From Mytilus trossulus (taxonomy: Eukaryota), in NCBI RefSeq assembly GCF_036588685.1, contig NC_086381.1, forward strand, positions 27,838,001 to 27,902,000: a stretch of DNA of 64,000 nucleotides. The letters are read 5' to 3'. Shown here piece by piece: positions 1 through 15,426 of this stretch. The stretch's first letter is position 1, and each line of letters begins with the position of its first letter. The position numbers were made by a program, and so were the translations under genes. The notes beneath the pieces are model-generated. The model had not been told where the DNA came from. It did no database searches and saw nothing but the letters and a program-made list of their open reading frames with translations.

Positions 1-937
1 AAAAAAAATGAAGAACAGTACGAGTTTCTTTTTTTCCCCTATAAAAGTCCAAGAAAATAAACGAACTATATAACGTAGATTCGATGAAAATGCGCAAGCA
101 CGAGAGGAAGAAAAACTCATAGTTGTTAGTGGTCAATGTTGCATATTTTTTTGGTGTAAATTAAGTTGCAGTCCTATATATTATACTATATAAGCACACA
201 CAATACAATCTATGACCTTATTTTTATATAATATATATTCGTTCGTTCGTTGTCTGTCTAACTGTGATCTATGTGAATTCTTTTCTTCCTCTTCTGCTGT
301 CACATTCTCTTAGATATATAATATATATTTTGTGTTCCTATACAAAGTACTTATGCGTATGTTTATAGTTGTGTAGATTATTTTTTAGCTCAAATCCTTT
401 GTATTTGCAAAATTCGTATATAAACAATAAAGAATACTTCAACAATGTGCAAGTTTCACAGTATGCGTGCAGTATACTATATAGAGAATATCATGGCTTT
501 ACATGATACAGAGACTAGAGAATACAGAGACTGTATAGCTAGAGAGAACACAAAGACTATAGAGAGGATAAAAAGTGTTCTCTTTGTTTTAAGACACTGA
601 GACGAGTGACAATTGTGTACTATAGTAAGCATGTCTATACGAGAAACTAAGAAAACGGCTGCATTTCTATACCACTGGCTATTGATGAAAATGGATGGAT
701 GATGTTTTTTTTCTCTTTTTTCTTCTTCTATTTTGCTCTTTAATTTACATTTCCTGTCAATTATTAATTTCGTGTCAGACTGTTGATTAAACAATTATTT
801 ATTATTTGAATAAAGATTATTATTAAGTTCTGCATTACTCTTGATTATTATTTTTTTTGGTCTTATGTCAAATTTTCGCTGACACTATCAGAATAGAAAC
901 AAATTGTGCCAATTGTTAGCTTGGGGTGAACAATCAT

Positions 938-1566
<629 letters not shown>

Positions 1567-1591
1567 ACTGACCTTTACTCTATACAATAAC

Positions 1592-1631
1592 GGCCCTTTT
1601 AAGGGCCACCAATATTTTCCAAAAAGAGTCT
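1592..1631 (+). terminator. H3 3' stem-loop (SLBP site) plus histone downstream element; recurs in every unit
   Basis: GGCCCT-TTTA-AGGGCC at 1592-1607, then ACCA, then CAAAAAGAGTCT at 1620-1631. Confidence 0.95.
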
Positions 1632-3060
1632 GAATATGTTGTACATCAAAATCAAATATAGCTGAAACCCCCTCTCCACATCTTTCTTTATTCTTCTTTC
1701 TCTCCACATCTCTCTTTATTCTTCTTTCTTATTATCTTTTTTTTTTGCACTCACTTAAGATTAGACAAGTCGGGTTACTGTATTGATAGAAGAAAAATAT
1801 AGAGAAACTTATTTCATAACATGCAAAGAAGAGAAATAAAAGGATAAATAGAGATAGAGAGACATACATATTTTTTATTTATCTAATTCTTCCAAATCCT
1901 TCGGAAAAAACAAGAATGTTATACATTTTCTGGTATACCCTCCTGAAAAAATTAACATACATGTATACATTTAAATAAAAAAAAGGTAAGAAAAAACATA
2001 CTCCAAGAACAATACAATCCATCTTCTAATTACAGAATTATTAAAATGTATTTCTTTCTAATTTCTGTGGTTATATTTTTCTCTAAATTGCATTTTTCTC
2101 GGTCTTATTTTCTCACTTATTTTTTAGATGCTTTTTTTATGTATTTTTTACTCATATTGTGTATTCTACTGTGACAACATGAGAAGAATCAATTATTTTA
2201 TATTTCTGAAATATATTTTCGGTACGGGTCCAAGTAGTCCACCTTAAATTCTCATTGAAAACTTTGTCTCCATCAATTGTGTGTTACAGAAAGAAGTTTT
2301 TCTTGAATACCTTTATTTTGTGCTTAAAATGCATCTATTTTGGGTGCTCTATGTGCCTTATAAATGATGTGAACATGTGTGCGGATGAATCTTTTTTTCC
2401 CATTGGTGGAGAAAAATAGACAAGGCGCAATAATTCATTCATTCAATGATGTACCAATTGTGGTATTTAAAAAGTGAGGCTGCACTGTGTACATTTCAAA
2501 AACCTATGACTACATGTATAAAGTAGCTGCTAAATTTAGAAAGATTCCTAATTAGTTGTTAAAAGATGAGCATTGATTGTATACATGTAATAATAACATG
2601 TTTGAAATGTGAATTTCCCGGGACATCTTTATTGAAACTGGTAAAGGTGATTTTGAGAAAAATTATCATGCACACCTGTTTTTATTTACAAATCTATCTG
2701 TCCATGCTTAAATAACTGACTGGTATGCTGTAGTTTAGTTTTTACTCTTTTACTCTCTTAAGTCTGCAGAGTGGACTATCTCTGAAACTGTATCTTTTGA
2801 ACAAGAAAAATACTGTATAAAAAGATTTTCTTTAAACTAATTGTTTTTATATTGCAATTGCACATTGTTAACTCCTGCTTATGTATGCAGTGTGATATGT
2901 TCTTGTATTTTAAGTAAAAGGAAATAAATCTCTTTCACATTGGAAAATATAAGAAGTATTAATTGATGATGGAGATCATTAGTTATTTGGTCCATCTCTT
3001 ATAATCTTTGTATTTTTATTTGTATACAGTTTGAAATATTTTATTTTCATATATTTTCAG

Positions 3061-3568
<508 letters not shown>

Positions 3569-3596
3569 ACAGCCAGCTGAAAAATACAAATACAAC

Positions 3597-3636
3597 GGCC
3601 CTTTTCAGGGCCACCAACATATTTCAAAAAGAATCT
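3597..3636 (+). terminator. H4 3' stem-loop plus HDE; recurs in every unit
   Basis: GGCCCT-TTTC-AGGGCC at 3597-3612; CAAAAAGAATCT at 3625-3636. Confidence 0.95.
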
Positions 3637-4151
3637 GCCTTTGTTGTACTTAAAATGAAAACCATAGCTTTCTCCTGTCCAACTTTCTTTACTTTCCTTT
3701 TTCTTTTATTCGTTTATTTTTTTTAATTTCTTTTCACTTTTTTTATTTAAGCCTATTAAAAAAAGACCAGCAAGACTTTGGATACAATATGATTCCTGAT
3801 TTTTTTAATGTAAATAAAATTATTCTTTATTTCATATATATTCTTTTATGTAAAAGATATATTGCTGAATTTTTCTCCATTGTCAAACTCTAGTTATATT
3901 GTTTTTATATCCTAAAACAATCCCCCTCCCCCTTTTTTCTCTCTGTCGACGTATGTGTGAATTTAATCTGTTCGTGATATTTTTTTATATAATGTTTCAA
4001 TACATATTCAAGTATAGTTCGATTCTAGACCCCCTCCCCCCCCCCAAAAAAAAGAGGGAAGAAATGTATAACCCGTGAAAAGGTTAAATTCTGGTGTATG
4101 TATATTTTTTCAAATCGGCTAATAAAATGAAGAATAAAGAAGAGAAAAAAA

Positions 4152-4175
4152 GAAAGAAAGAAAGAAAGAAAGAAA
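4152..4175. repeat. (GAAA)6 microsatellite downstream of H2B; 4 units in type B, 3 units at ~44903-44914
   Basis: Direct reading; loss of one unit explains the 5609-bp period. Confidence 0.85.
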
Positions 4176-4266
4176 GACAAAAAGACAGAATTCAGATATA
4201 AACAAATTTGTCATTTTGGGGTGGGACACAGCTTCATTTAGAAGTTTGTTATGTACAACAATAATA

Positions 4267-4306
4267 AGACTCTTTTTGAAAAATATTGGTGGCCCTGAAA
4301 AGGGCC
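4267..4306 (-). terminator. H2B 3' stem-loop plus HDE; recurs in every unit
   Basis: Minus-strand GGCCCTTTTCAGGGCC at 4306-4291; CAAAAAGAGTCT at 4278-4267. Confidence 0.95.
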
Positions 4307-4332
4307 GTTTGTGAAGTTAAACTTCTCGTTGT

Positions 4333-4707
4333 TTACTTGCTGCTGGTGTACTTTGTGACGGCTTTGGTACCTTCACTGACAGCGTGCTTGGCCAATTCAC
4401 CGGGTAAGAGCAGACGAACTGCAGTCTGGATCTCCCGAGATGTGATGGTAGATCTCTTGTTGTAGTGAGCGAGACGGGAAGCTTCTGCAGCGATTCTCTC
4501 AAAGATATCGTTGACAAAACTGTTCATGATAGACATAGCCTTTGAGGATACTCCAGTGTCTGGGTGAACCTGTCTCAAGACTTTGTAGATGTAGATGGCA
4601 TAGGATTCTCTCCTCTTCCTCCTCCTTTTCTTGTCACCGCCGGGTCTGGCAGTCTTTGCCTTTGTTACGGCCTTTTTGGCTCCTTTGGTTCCAACTTTTG
4701 GTGGCAT
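4333..4707 (-). CDS. H2B: Histone H2B
   Basis: 124 aa with H2B fold [11 protein letters not shown]...AVTKYTSSK. Confidence 0.99.
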   Translation of the reverse strand: MPPKVGTKGAKKAVTKAKTARPGGDKKRRRKRRESYAIYIYKVLRQVHPDTGVSSKAMSIMNSFVNDIFERIAAEASRLAHYNKRSTITSREIQTAVRLLLPGELAKHAVSEGTKAVTKYTSSK

Positions 4708-5369
<662 letters not shown>

Positions 5370-5399
5370 AGTCAACACTACAGAAACTTCACTTACAAC

Positions 5400-5439
5400 G
5401 GCCCTTTTCAGGGCCACCAACATTTTTCAAAAAGAATCT
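5400..5439 (+). terminator. H2A 3' stem-loop plus HDE; recurs in every unit
   Basis: GGCCCTTTTCAGGGCC at 5400-5415; CAAAAAGAATCT at 5428-5439. Confidence 0.95.
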
Positions 5440-6697
5440 GACTTTGTTGTACAATTTAGTTGAATGCAGAAAGCAATCTCAAACATAGCTCACTCCCTCC
5501 ATTTCTCTTGTCTTTATCTCTTTATTTTTCCTTTTCTTTATAAACAGCATACAGATGTCTACTTTCTAATTATATATATAACAATATTTGATGTGGAAAA
5601 AAAATGAAGAACAGTACGAGTTTCTTTTTTTCCCCTATAAAAGTCCAAGAAAATAAACGAACTATATAACGTAGATTCGATGAAAATGCGCAAGCACGAG
5701 AGGAAGAAAAACTCATAGTTGTTAGTGGTCAATGTTGCATATTTTTTTGGTGTAAATTAAGTTGCAGTCCTATATATTATACTATATAAGCACACACAAT
5801 ACAATCTATGACCTTATTTTTATATAATATATATTCGTTCGTTCGTTGTCTGTCTAACTGTGATCTATGTGAATTCTTTTCTTCCTCTTCTGCTGTCACA
5901 TTCTCTTAGATATATAATATATATTTTGTGTTCCTATACAAAGTACTTATGCGTATGTTTATAGTTGTGTAGATTATTTTTTAGCTCAAATCCTTTGTAT
6001 TTGCAAAATTCGTATATAAACAATAAAGAATACTTCAACAATGTGCAAGTTTCACAGTATGCGTGCAGTATACTATATAGAGAATATCATGGCTTTACAT
6101 GATACAGAGACTAGAGAATACAGAGACTGTATAGCTAGAGAGAACACAAAGACTATAGAGAGGATAAAAAGTGTTCTCTTTGTTTTAAGACACTGAGACG
6201 AGTGACAATTGTGTACTATAGTAAGCATGTCTATACGAGAAACTAAGAAAACGGCTGCATTTCTATACCACTGGCTATTGATGAAAATGGATGGATGATG
6301 TTTTTTTTCTCTTTTTTCTTCTTCTATTTTGCTCTTTAATTTACATTTCCTGTCAATTATTAATTTCGTGTCAGACTGTTGATTAAACAATTATTTATTA
6401 TTTGAATAAAGATTATTATTAAGTTCTGCATTACTCTTGATTATTATTTTTTTTGGTCTTATGTCAAATTTTCGCTGACACTATCAGAATAGAAACAAAT
6501 TGTGCCAATTGTTAGCTTGGGGTGAACAATCATAGCTTCAGTCCAAAAAGGGATCGAAAGCTGTGAAAGTAACTTCCAGATCAGTCCAATCATAACACAG
6601 AGATTTCAACCAATCAACGTGAGTTTTATTACCCCGAAAGGCCAATCAGTGTCGTGTTTGCAAACATTGCGGCTAGCACAAATACACTAACATTTGA

Positions 6698-7162
<465 letters not shown>

Positions 7163-7498
7163 ACTGACCTTTACTCTATACAATAACGGCCCTTTTAAGG
7201 GCCACCAATATTTTCCAAAAAGAGTCTGAATATGTTGTACATCAAAATCAAATATAGCTGAAACCCCCTCTCCACATCTTTCTTTATTCTTCTTTCTCTC
7301 CACATCTCTCTTTATTCTTCTTTCTTATTATCTTTTTTTTTTGCACTCACTTAAGATTAGACAAGTCGGGTTACTGTATTGATAGAAGAAAAATATAGAG
7401 AAACTTATTTCATAACATGCAAAGAAGAGAAATAAAAGGATAAATAGAGATAGAGAGACATACATATTTTTTATTTATCTAATTCTTCCAAATCCTTC

Positions 7499-7598
7499 NN
7501 NNNNNNNNNNNNNNNNNNNNNNNNNNNNNNNNNNNNNNNNNNNNNNNNNNNNNNNNNNNNNNNNNNNNNNNNNNNNNNNNNNNNNNNNNNNNNNNNNN
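7499..7598. other. Assembly gap (100 N)
   Basis: Run of 100 N; the repeat phase jumps from the H3-H4 spacer to the H2A 5' UTR. Confidence 1.
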
Positions 7599-7982
<384 letters not shown>

Positions 7983-8426
7983 AGTCAACACTACAGAAAC
8001 TTCACTTACAACGGCCCTTTTCAGGGCCACCAACATTTTTCAAAAAGAATCTGACTTTGTTGTGCAATCTCAAACATAGCTCACTCCCTCCATTTCTCTT
8101 GTCTTTATCTCTTTATTTTTCCTTTTCTTTATAAACAGCATACAGATGTCTACTTTCTTATTATATATATAACAATATTTGATGTGGAAAAAAAATGAAG
8201 AACAGTACGAGTTTCTTTTTTTCCCCTATAAAAGTCCAAGAAAATAAACAACTATATATAAACGTAGATTCGATGAAAATGCGCAAGCACGAGAGGAAGA
8301 AAAACTCATAGTTGTTAGTGGTCAATATTGCATATATTTTTGGTGTAAATTTAGTTGCAGTCCTATATATTATACTATATAAGCACACACATTACAATCT
8401 ATGACCTTATTTTTATATAATATATA

Positions 8427-8482
8427 TTCGTTCGTTCGTTCGTTCGTTCGTTCGTTCGTTCGTTCGTTCGTTCGTTCGTTCG
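8427..8482. repeat. (TTCG)14 microsatellite in the H2A-H3 spacer; also at 14040, 25270, 30883, 35330, 40943, 46552, 52165 and 60314-60369 (reversed)
   Basis: Perfect tetranucleotide run; only (TTCG)3 in type A (238-249, 5834-5845). Confidence 0.95.
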
Positions 8483-9327
8483 TTGTCTGTCTAACTGTGA
8501 TCTATGTGAATTCTTTTCTTCCTCTTCTGCTGTCACATTCTCTTAGATATATAATATATATTTTGTATTCCTATACAAAGTACTTATGCGTATGTTTATA
8601 GTTGTGTAGATTATTTTTTAGCTCAAATCCTTTGTATTTGCAAAATTCGTATATAAACAATAAAGAATACTTCAACAATGTGCAAGTTTCCCAGTATGCG
8701 TGCAGTATACTATATAGAGAATATCATGGCTTTACATGATACAGAGACTAGAGAATACAGACACTGTATAGCTAGAGAGAACACAAAGACTATAGAGAGG
8801 ATAAAAAGTGTTCTCTTTGTTTTAAGACACTGAGACGAGTGACAATTGTGTACTATAGTAAGCATGTCTATACGAGAAACTGGCTACACACACTAAGAAA
8901 ACGGCTGCATTTCTATACCACTGGCTATTGATGAAAATGGATGGATGATGTTTTTTTTTCTCTTTTTCTTCTTCTATTTTGCTCTTTAATTTACATTTCC
9001 TGTCAATTATTAATTTCGTGTCAGACTGTTGATTAAACAATTATTTATTATTTGAATAAAGATTATTATTAAGTTCTGCATTACTCTTGATTATTATTTT
9101 TTTTGGTCTTATGTCAAATTTTCGCTGACACTATCAGAATAGAAACAAATTGTGCCAATTGTTAGCTTGGGGTGAACAATCTTTAGCTTCAGTCCAAAAA
9201 GGGATCGAAAGCTGTGAAAGTAACTTCCAGATCAGTCCAATCATAATACAGAGATTTCAACCAATCAACGTGAGTTTTATTACCCCGAAAGGCCAATCAG
9301 TGTCGTGTTTGCAAACATTGCGGCTAG

Positions 9328-9813
<486 letters not shown>

Positions 9814-11439
9814 ACTGACCTTTACTCTATACAATAACGGCCCTTTTAAGGGCCACCAATATTTTCCAAAAAGAGTCTGAATATGTTGTACATCAAAATC
9901 AAAAATAGCTGAAACCCCCTCTCCACATCTTTCTTTATTTTTCTTTCTCTCCACATCTCTCTTTATTCTTCTTTCTTATTATCTTTTTTTTTTGCACTTA
10001 AGATTAGACAAGTCAGGTTACTGTATTGATAGGAGAAAAATATAGAGAAACTTATTTCAAAACATGCAAAGAAAATAAATAAAAGGATAAATAGAGAGAG
10101 AGACATACATATTTTTTATTTATCTAATTCTTCCAAATCCTTCGGGAAAAAACAAGAATGTTATACATTTTCTGGTATACCCTCCTGAAAAAATTAACAT
10201 ACATGTATACATTTAAATAAAAAAAAAAAGGTAAGAAAAAACATACTCCAAGAACAATACAATCCATCTTCTAATTACAGAATTATTAAAATGTATTTCT
10301 TTCTAATTTCTGTGGTTATATTTTTCTCTAAATTGCATTTTTCTCGGTCTTATTTTCTCACTTATTTTTTAGATGCTTTTTGTATGTAATTTTTACTCAT
10401 ATTGTGTATTCTACTGTGACAACATGAGAAGATTCAATTATTTTATATTTCTGAAATATATTTTCGGTACGGGTCCAAGTAGTCCACCTTAAATTCTCAT
10501 TGAAAACTTTGTCTCCATCAATTGTGTGTTACAGAAAGAACTTTTTCTTGAATACCTTTATTTTGTGCTTAAAATGCATCTATTTTGGGTGCTCTATGTG
10601 CCTTATAAATGATGTGAACATGTGTGCGGATGAATCTTTTTTTCCCATTGGTGGAGAAAAATAGACAAGGCGCAATAATTCATTCATTCAATGATGTACC
10701 AATTGTGGTATTTAAAAAGTGAGGCTGCACTGTGTACATTTCAAAAACCTATGACTACATGTATAAAGTAGCTGCTAAATTTAGAAAGATTCCTAATTAG
10801 TTGTTAAAAGATGAGCATTGATTGTATACATGTAATAATAACATGTTTGAAATGTGAATTTCCCGGGACATCTTTATTGAAACTGGTAAAGGTGATTTTG
10901 AGAAAAATTATCATGCACACCTGTTTTTATTTACAAGTCTATCTGTCCATGCTTAAATAACTGACTGGTATGCTGTAGATTAGTTTTGCTTTTACTCTCT
11001 TAAGTCTGCAGAGCTGCAGTGGACTATCTCTGAAACTGTATCTTTTGAACAAGAAAAATACTGTATAAAAAGATTTTCTTTAAACTAATTGTTTTTATAT
11101 TGCAATTGCACATTGTTAACTCCTGCTTATGTATGCAGTGTGATATGTTCTTGTATTTTAAGTAAAAGGAAATAAATCTCTTTCACATTGGAAAATATAA
11201 GAAGTATTAATTGATGATGGAGATCATTAGTTATTTGGTCCATCTCTTATAATCTTTGTATTTTTATTTGTATACAGTTTGAAATATTTTATTTTCACAT
11301 ATTTTCAGAGAAGTGGATTGAAAGTGTACAGAATTCCTACAGAGTTACCTCCCCGATTTAGACGAAAACAACCAATCAGGTCCAACCTATCAAAAATTCA
11401 GTGGTATTTCTTTTAGGGCCGCGTTCATCAGATATATAG

Positions 11440-11805
<366 letters not shown>

Positions 11806-12559
11806 ACAGCCAGCTGAAAAATACAAATACAACGGCCCTTTTCAGGGCCACCAACATTTTTCAAAAAGAATCTGCATTTGTTGTACTTAAAAAGAAAACC
11901 ATAGCTTTCTCCTGTCCAACTTTCTTTACTTTCCTTTTTCTTTTATTCGTTTATTTTTTTTAATTTCTTTTCACTATTTTTATTTAAGCCTATTAAAAAA
12001 AGACCAGCAAGGCTTTGGATACAATATGATTCCTGATTTTTGAATGTAAATAACATTTTTATTCTTTATTTCATATGTATTCTTTTATGTAAAAGATATA
12101 TTGCTGATTTTTCCTCCATTGTCAAACTCTAGTTATATTGTTTTTATATCCTAAAACAATCCCCCTCCCCCTTTTTTCTCTCTGTCGACGTATGTGTGAA
12201 TTTAATCTGTTCGTGATATTTTTTTATATAATGTTTCAATACATATTCAAGTATAGTTCGATTCTAGACCCCCTCCCCCCCAAAAAAAGAGGGAAGAAAT
12301 GTATAACCCGTGAAAAGGTTAAATTCTGGTGTATGTATATTTTTTCAAATCGGCTAATAAAATGAAGAATAAAGAAGAGAAAAGAAGAAAGAAAGAAAGA
12401 AAGACAAAAAGACAGAATTCAGATATAAATAAATTTGTCATTTTGGGGTGGGACACAGCTTCATTTAGAAGTTTGTTATGTACAACAATAATAAGACTCT
12501 TTTTGAAAAATATTGGTGGCCCTGAAAAGGGCCGTTTGTGAAGTTAAACTTCTCGTTGT

Positions 12560-12934
12560 TTACTTGCTGCTGGTGTACTTTGTGACGGCTTTGGTACCTT
12601 CACTGACAGCGTGCTTGGCCAATTCACCGGGTAGGAGCAGACGAACTGCAGTCTGGATCTCCCGAGATGTGATGGTAGATCTCTTGTTGTAGTGAGCGAG
12701 ACGGGAAGCTTCTGCAGCGATTCTCTCAAAGATATCGTTGACAAAACTGTTCATGATAGACATAGCCTTTGAGGATACTCCAGTGTCTGGGTGCACCTGT
12801 CTCAAGACTTTGTAGATGTAGATGGCATAGGATTCTCTCCTCTTCCTCCTCCTTTTCTTGTCACCGCCGGGTCTGGCAGTCTTTGCCTTTGTTACGGCCT
12901 TTTTGGCTCCTTTGGTTCCAACTTTTGGTGGCAT
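12560..12934 (-). CDS. H2B: Histone H2B
   Basis: 124-aa H2B from MPPKVG; the 41-aa extension in the ORF track is promoter sequence. Confidence 0.99.
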   Translation of the reverse strand: MPPKVGTKGAKKAVTKAKTARPGGDKKRRRKRRESYAIYIYKVLRQVHPDTGVSSKAMSIMNSFVNDIFERIAAEASRLAHYNKRSTITSREIQTAVRLLLPGELAKHAVSEGTKAVTKYTSSK

Positions 12935-13211
12935 TTTTGACAGATGTATACTCTCTGAAATGTAATCAGTGAATGATGGCCGTAAATAAAAATTTCTATT
13001 TATACTCGGCAAAACGGATTGAAAGTTTTTACTTAACGCGAACTTCGGAGAGAGCACCTTCTAACATTCAACCTAACTACCTGGAAGAAGCGATGATTTG
13101 ATTGGTTTAGAACTGAAACATCTTTCAATCCGTTTTGCGGGTATAAATAGTAAAATACCACCTAACGGGGTAATCATTGTTTATACTTGTTCAAGTCAAA
13201 CAACGTATTAA

Positions 13212-13595
<384 letters not shown>

Positions 13596-14940
13596 AGTCA
13601 ACACTACAGAAACTTCACTTACAACGGCCCTTTTCAGGGCCACCAACATTTTTCAAAAAGAATCTGACTTTGTTGTGCAATCTCAAACATAGCTCACTCC
13701 CTCCATTTCTCTTGTCTTTATCTCTTTATTTTTCCTTTTCTTTATAAACAGCATACAGATGTCTACTTTCTTATTATATATATAACAATATTTGATGTGG
13801 AAAAAAAATGAAGAACAGTACGAGTTTCTTTTTTTCCCCTATAAAAGTCCAAGAAAATAAACAACTATATATAAACGTAGATTCGATGAAAATGCGCAAG
13901 CACGAGAGGAAGAAAAACTCATAGTTGTTAGTGGTCAATATTGCATATATTTTTGGTGTAAATTTAGTTGCAGTCCTATATATTATACTATATAAGCACA
14001 CACATTACAATCTATGACCTTATTTTTATATAATATATATTCGTTCGTTCGTTCGTTCGTTCGTTCGTTCGTTCGTTCGTTCGTTCGTTCGTTCGTTGTC
14101 TGTCTAACTGTGATCTATGTGAATTCTTTTCTTCCTCTTCTGCTGTCACATTCTCTTAGATATATAATATATATTTTGTATTCCTATACAAAGTACTTAT
14201 GCGTATGTTTATAGTTGTGTAGATTATTTTTTAGCTCAAATCCTTTGTATTTGCAAAATTCGTATATAAACAATAAAGAATACTTCAACAATGTGCAAGT
14301 TTCCCAGTATGCGTGCAGTATACTATATAGAGAATATCATGGCTTTACATGATACAGAGACTAGAGAATACAGACACTGTATAGCTAGAGAGAACACAAA
14401 GACTATAGAGAGGATAAAAAGTGTTCTCTTTGTTTTAAGACACTGAGACGAGTGACAATTGTGTACTATAGTAAGCATGTCTATACGAGAAACTGGCTAC
14501 ACACACTAAGAAAACGGCTGCATTTCTATACCACTGGCTATTGATGAAAATGGATGGATGATGTTTTTTTTTCTCTTTTTCTTCTTCTATTTTGCTCTTT
14601 AATTTACATTTCCTGTCAATTATTAATTTCGTGTCAGACTGTTGATTAAACAATTATTTATTATTTGAATAAAGATTATTATTAAGTTCTGCATTACTCT
14701 TGATTATTATTTTTTTTGGTCTTATGTCAAATTTTCGCTGACACTATCAGAATAGAAACAAATTGTGCCAATTGTTAGCTTGGGGTGAACAATCTTTAGC
14801 TTCAGTCCAAAAAGGGATCGAAAGCTGTGAAAGTAACTTCCAGATCAGTCCAATCATAATACAGAGATTTCAACCAATCAACGTGAGTTTTATTACCCCG
14901 AAAGGCCAATCAGTGTCGTGTTTGCAAACATTGCGGCTAG

Positions 14941-15426
<486 letters not shown>

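Noticed and set aside
1835-1840. AATAAA poly(A) signals downstream of the histone genes
   Set aside because: Frequent by chance in these AT-rich spacers, not at consistent positions, and the H4 one (3813-3818) is lost in type B. Cannot be supported without 3' RACE.
2235-2778. TAGTCCAC...GTGGACTA inverted 8-mer, a possible MITE terminal repeat
   Set aside because: Only 8 bp, does not extend, has no clear target-site duplication, and is plausible by chance.
4205-4232. AATTTGTC resembling the U7 snRNA Sm site
   Set aside because: It continues ATT rather than TAG/TTG, changes context between types, and has no upstream HDE-complementary segment or 3' hairpin.
8401-8601. ORF with SFVR repeats, plus the other 63-105 aa spacer or antisense ORFs
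   Set aside because: These are translations of the microsatellite, AT-rich spacer or histone shadow frames; several are broken by A/B indels or by the 15-unit allele.
12935-13057. 41-aa N-terminal extension of H2B (165-aa ORF) in type B
   Set aside because: Starts at a GTG upstream of the TATA box and cap motif, and is not open in type A; it is promoter sequence.
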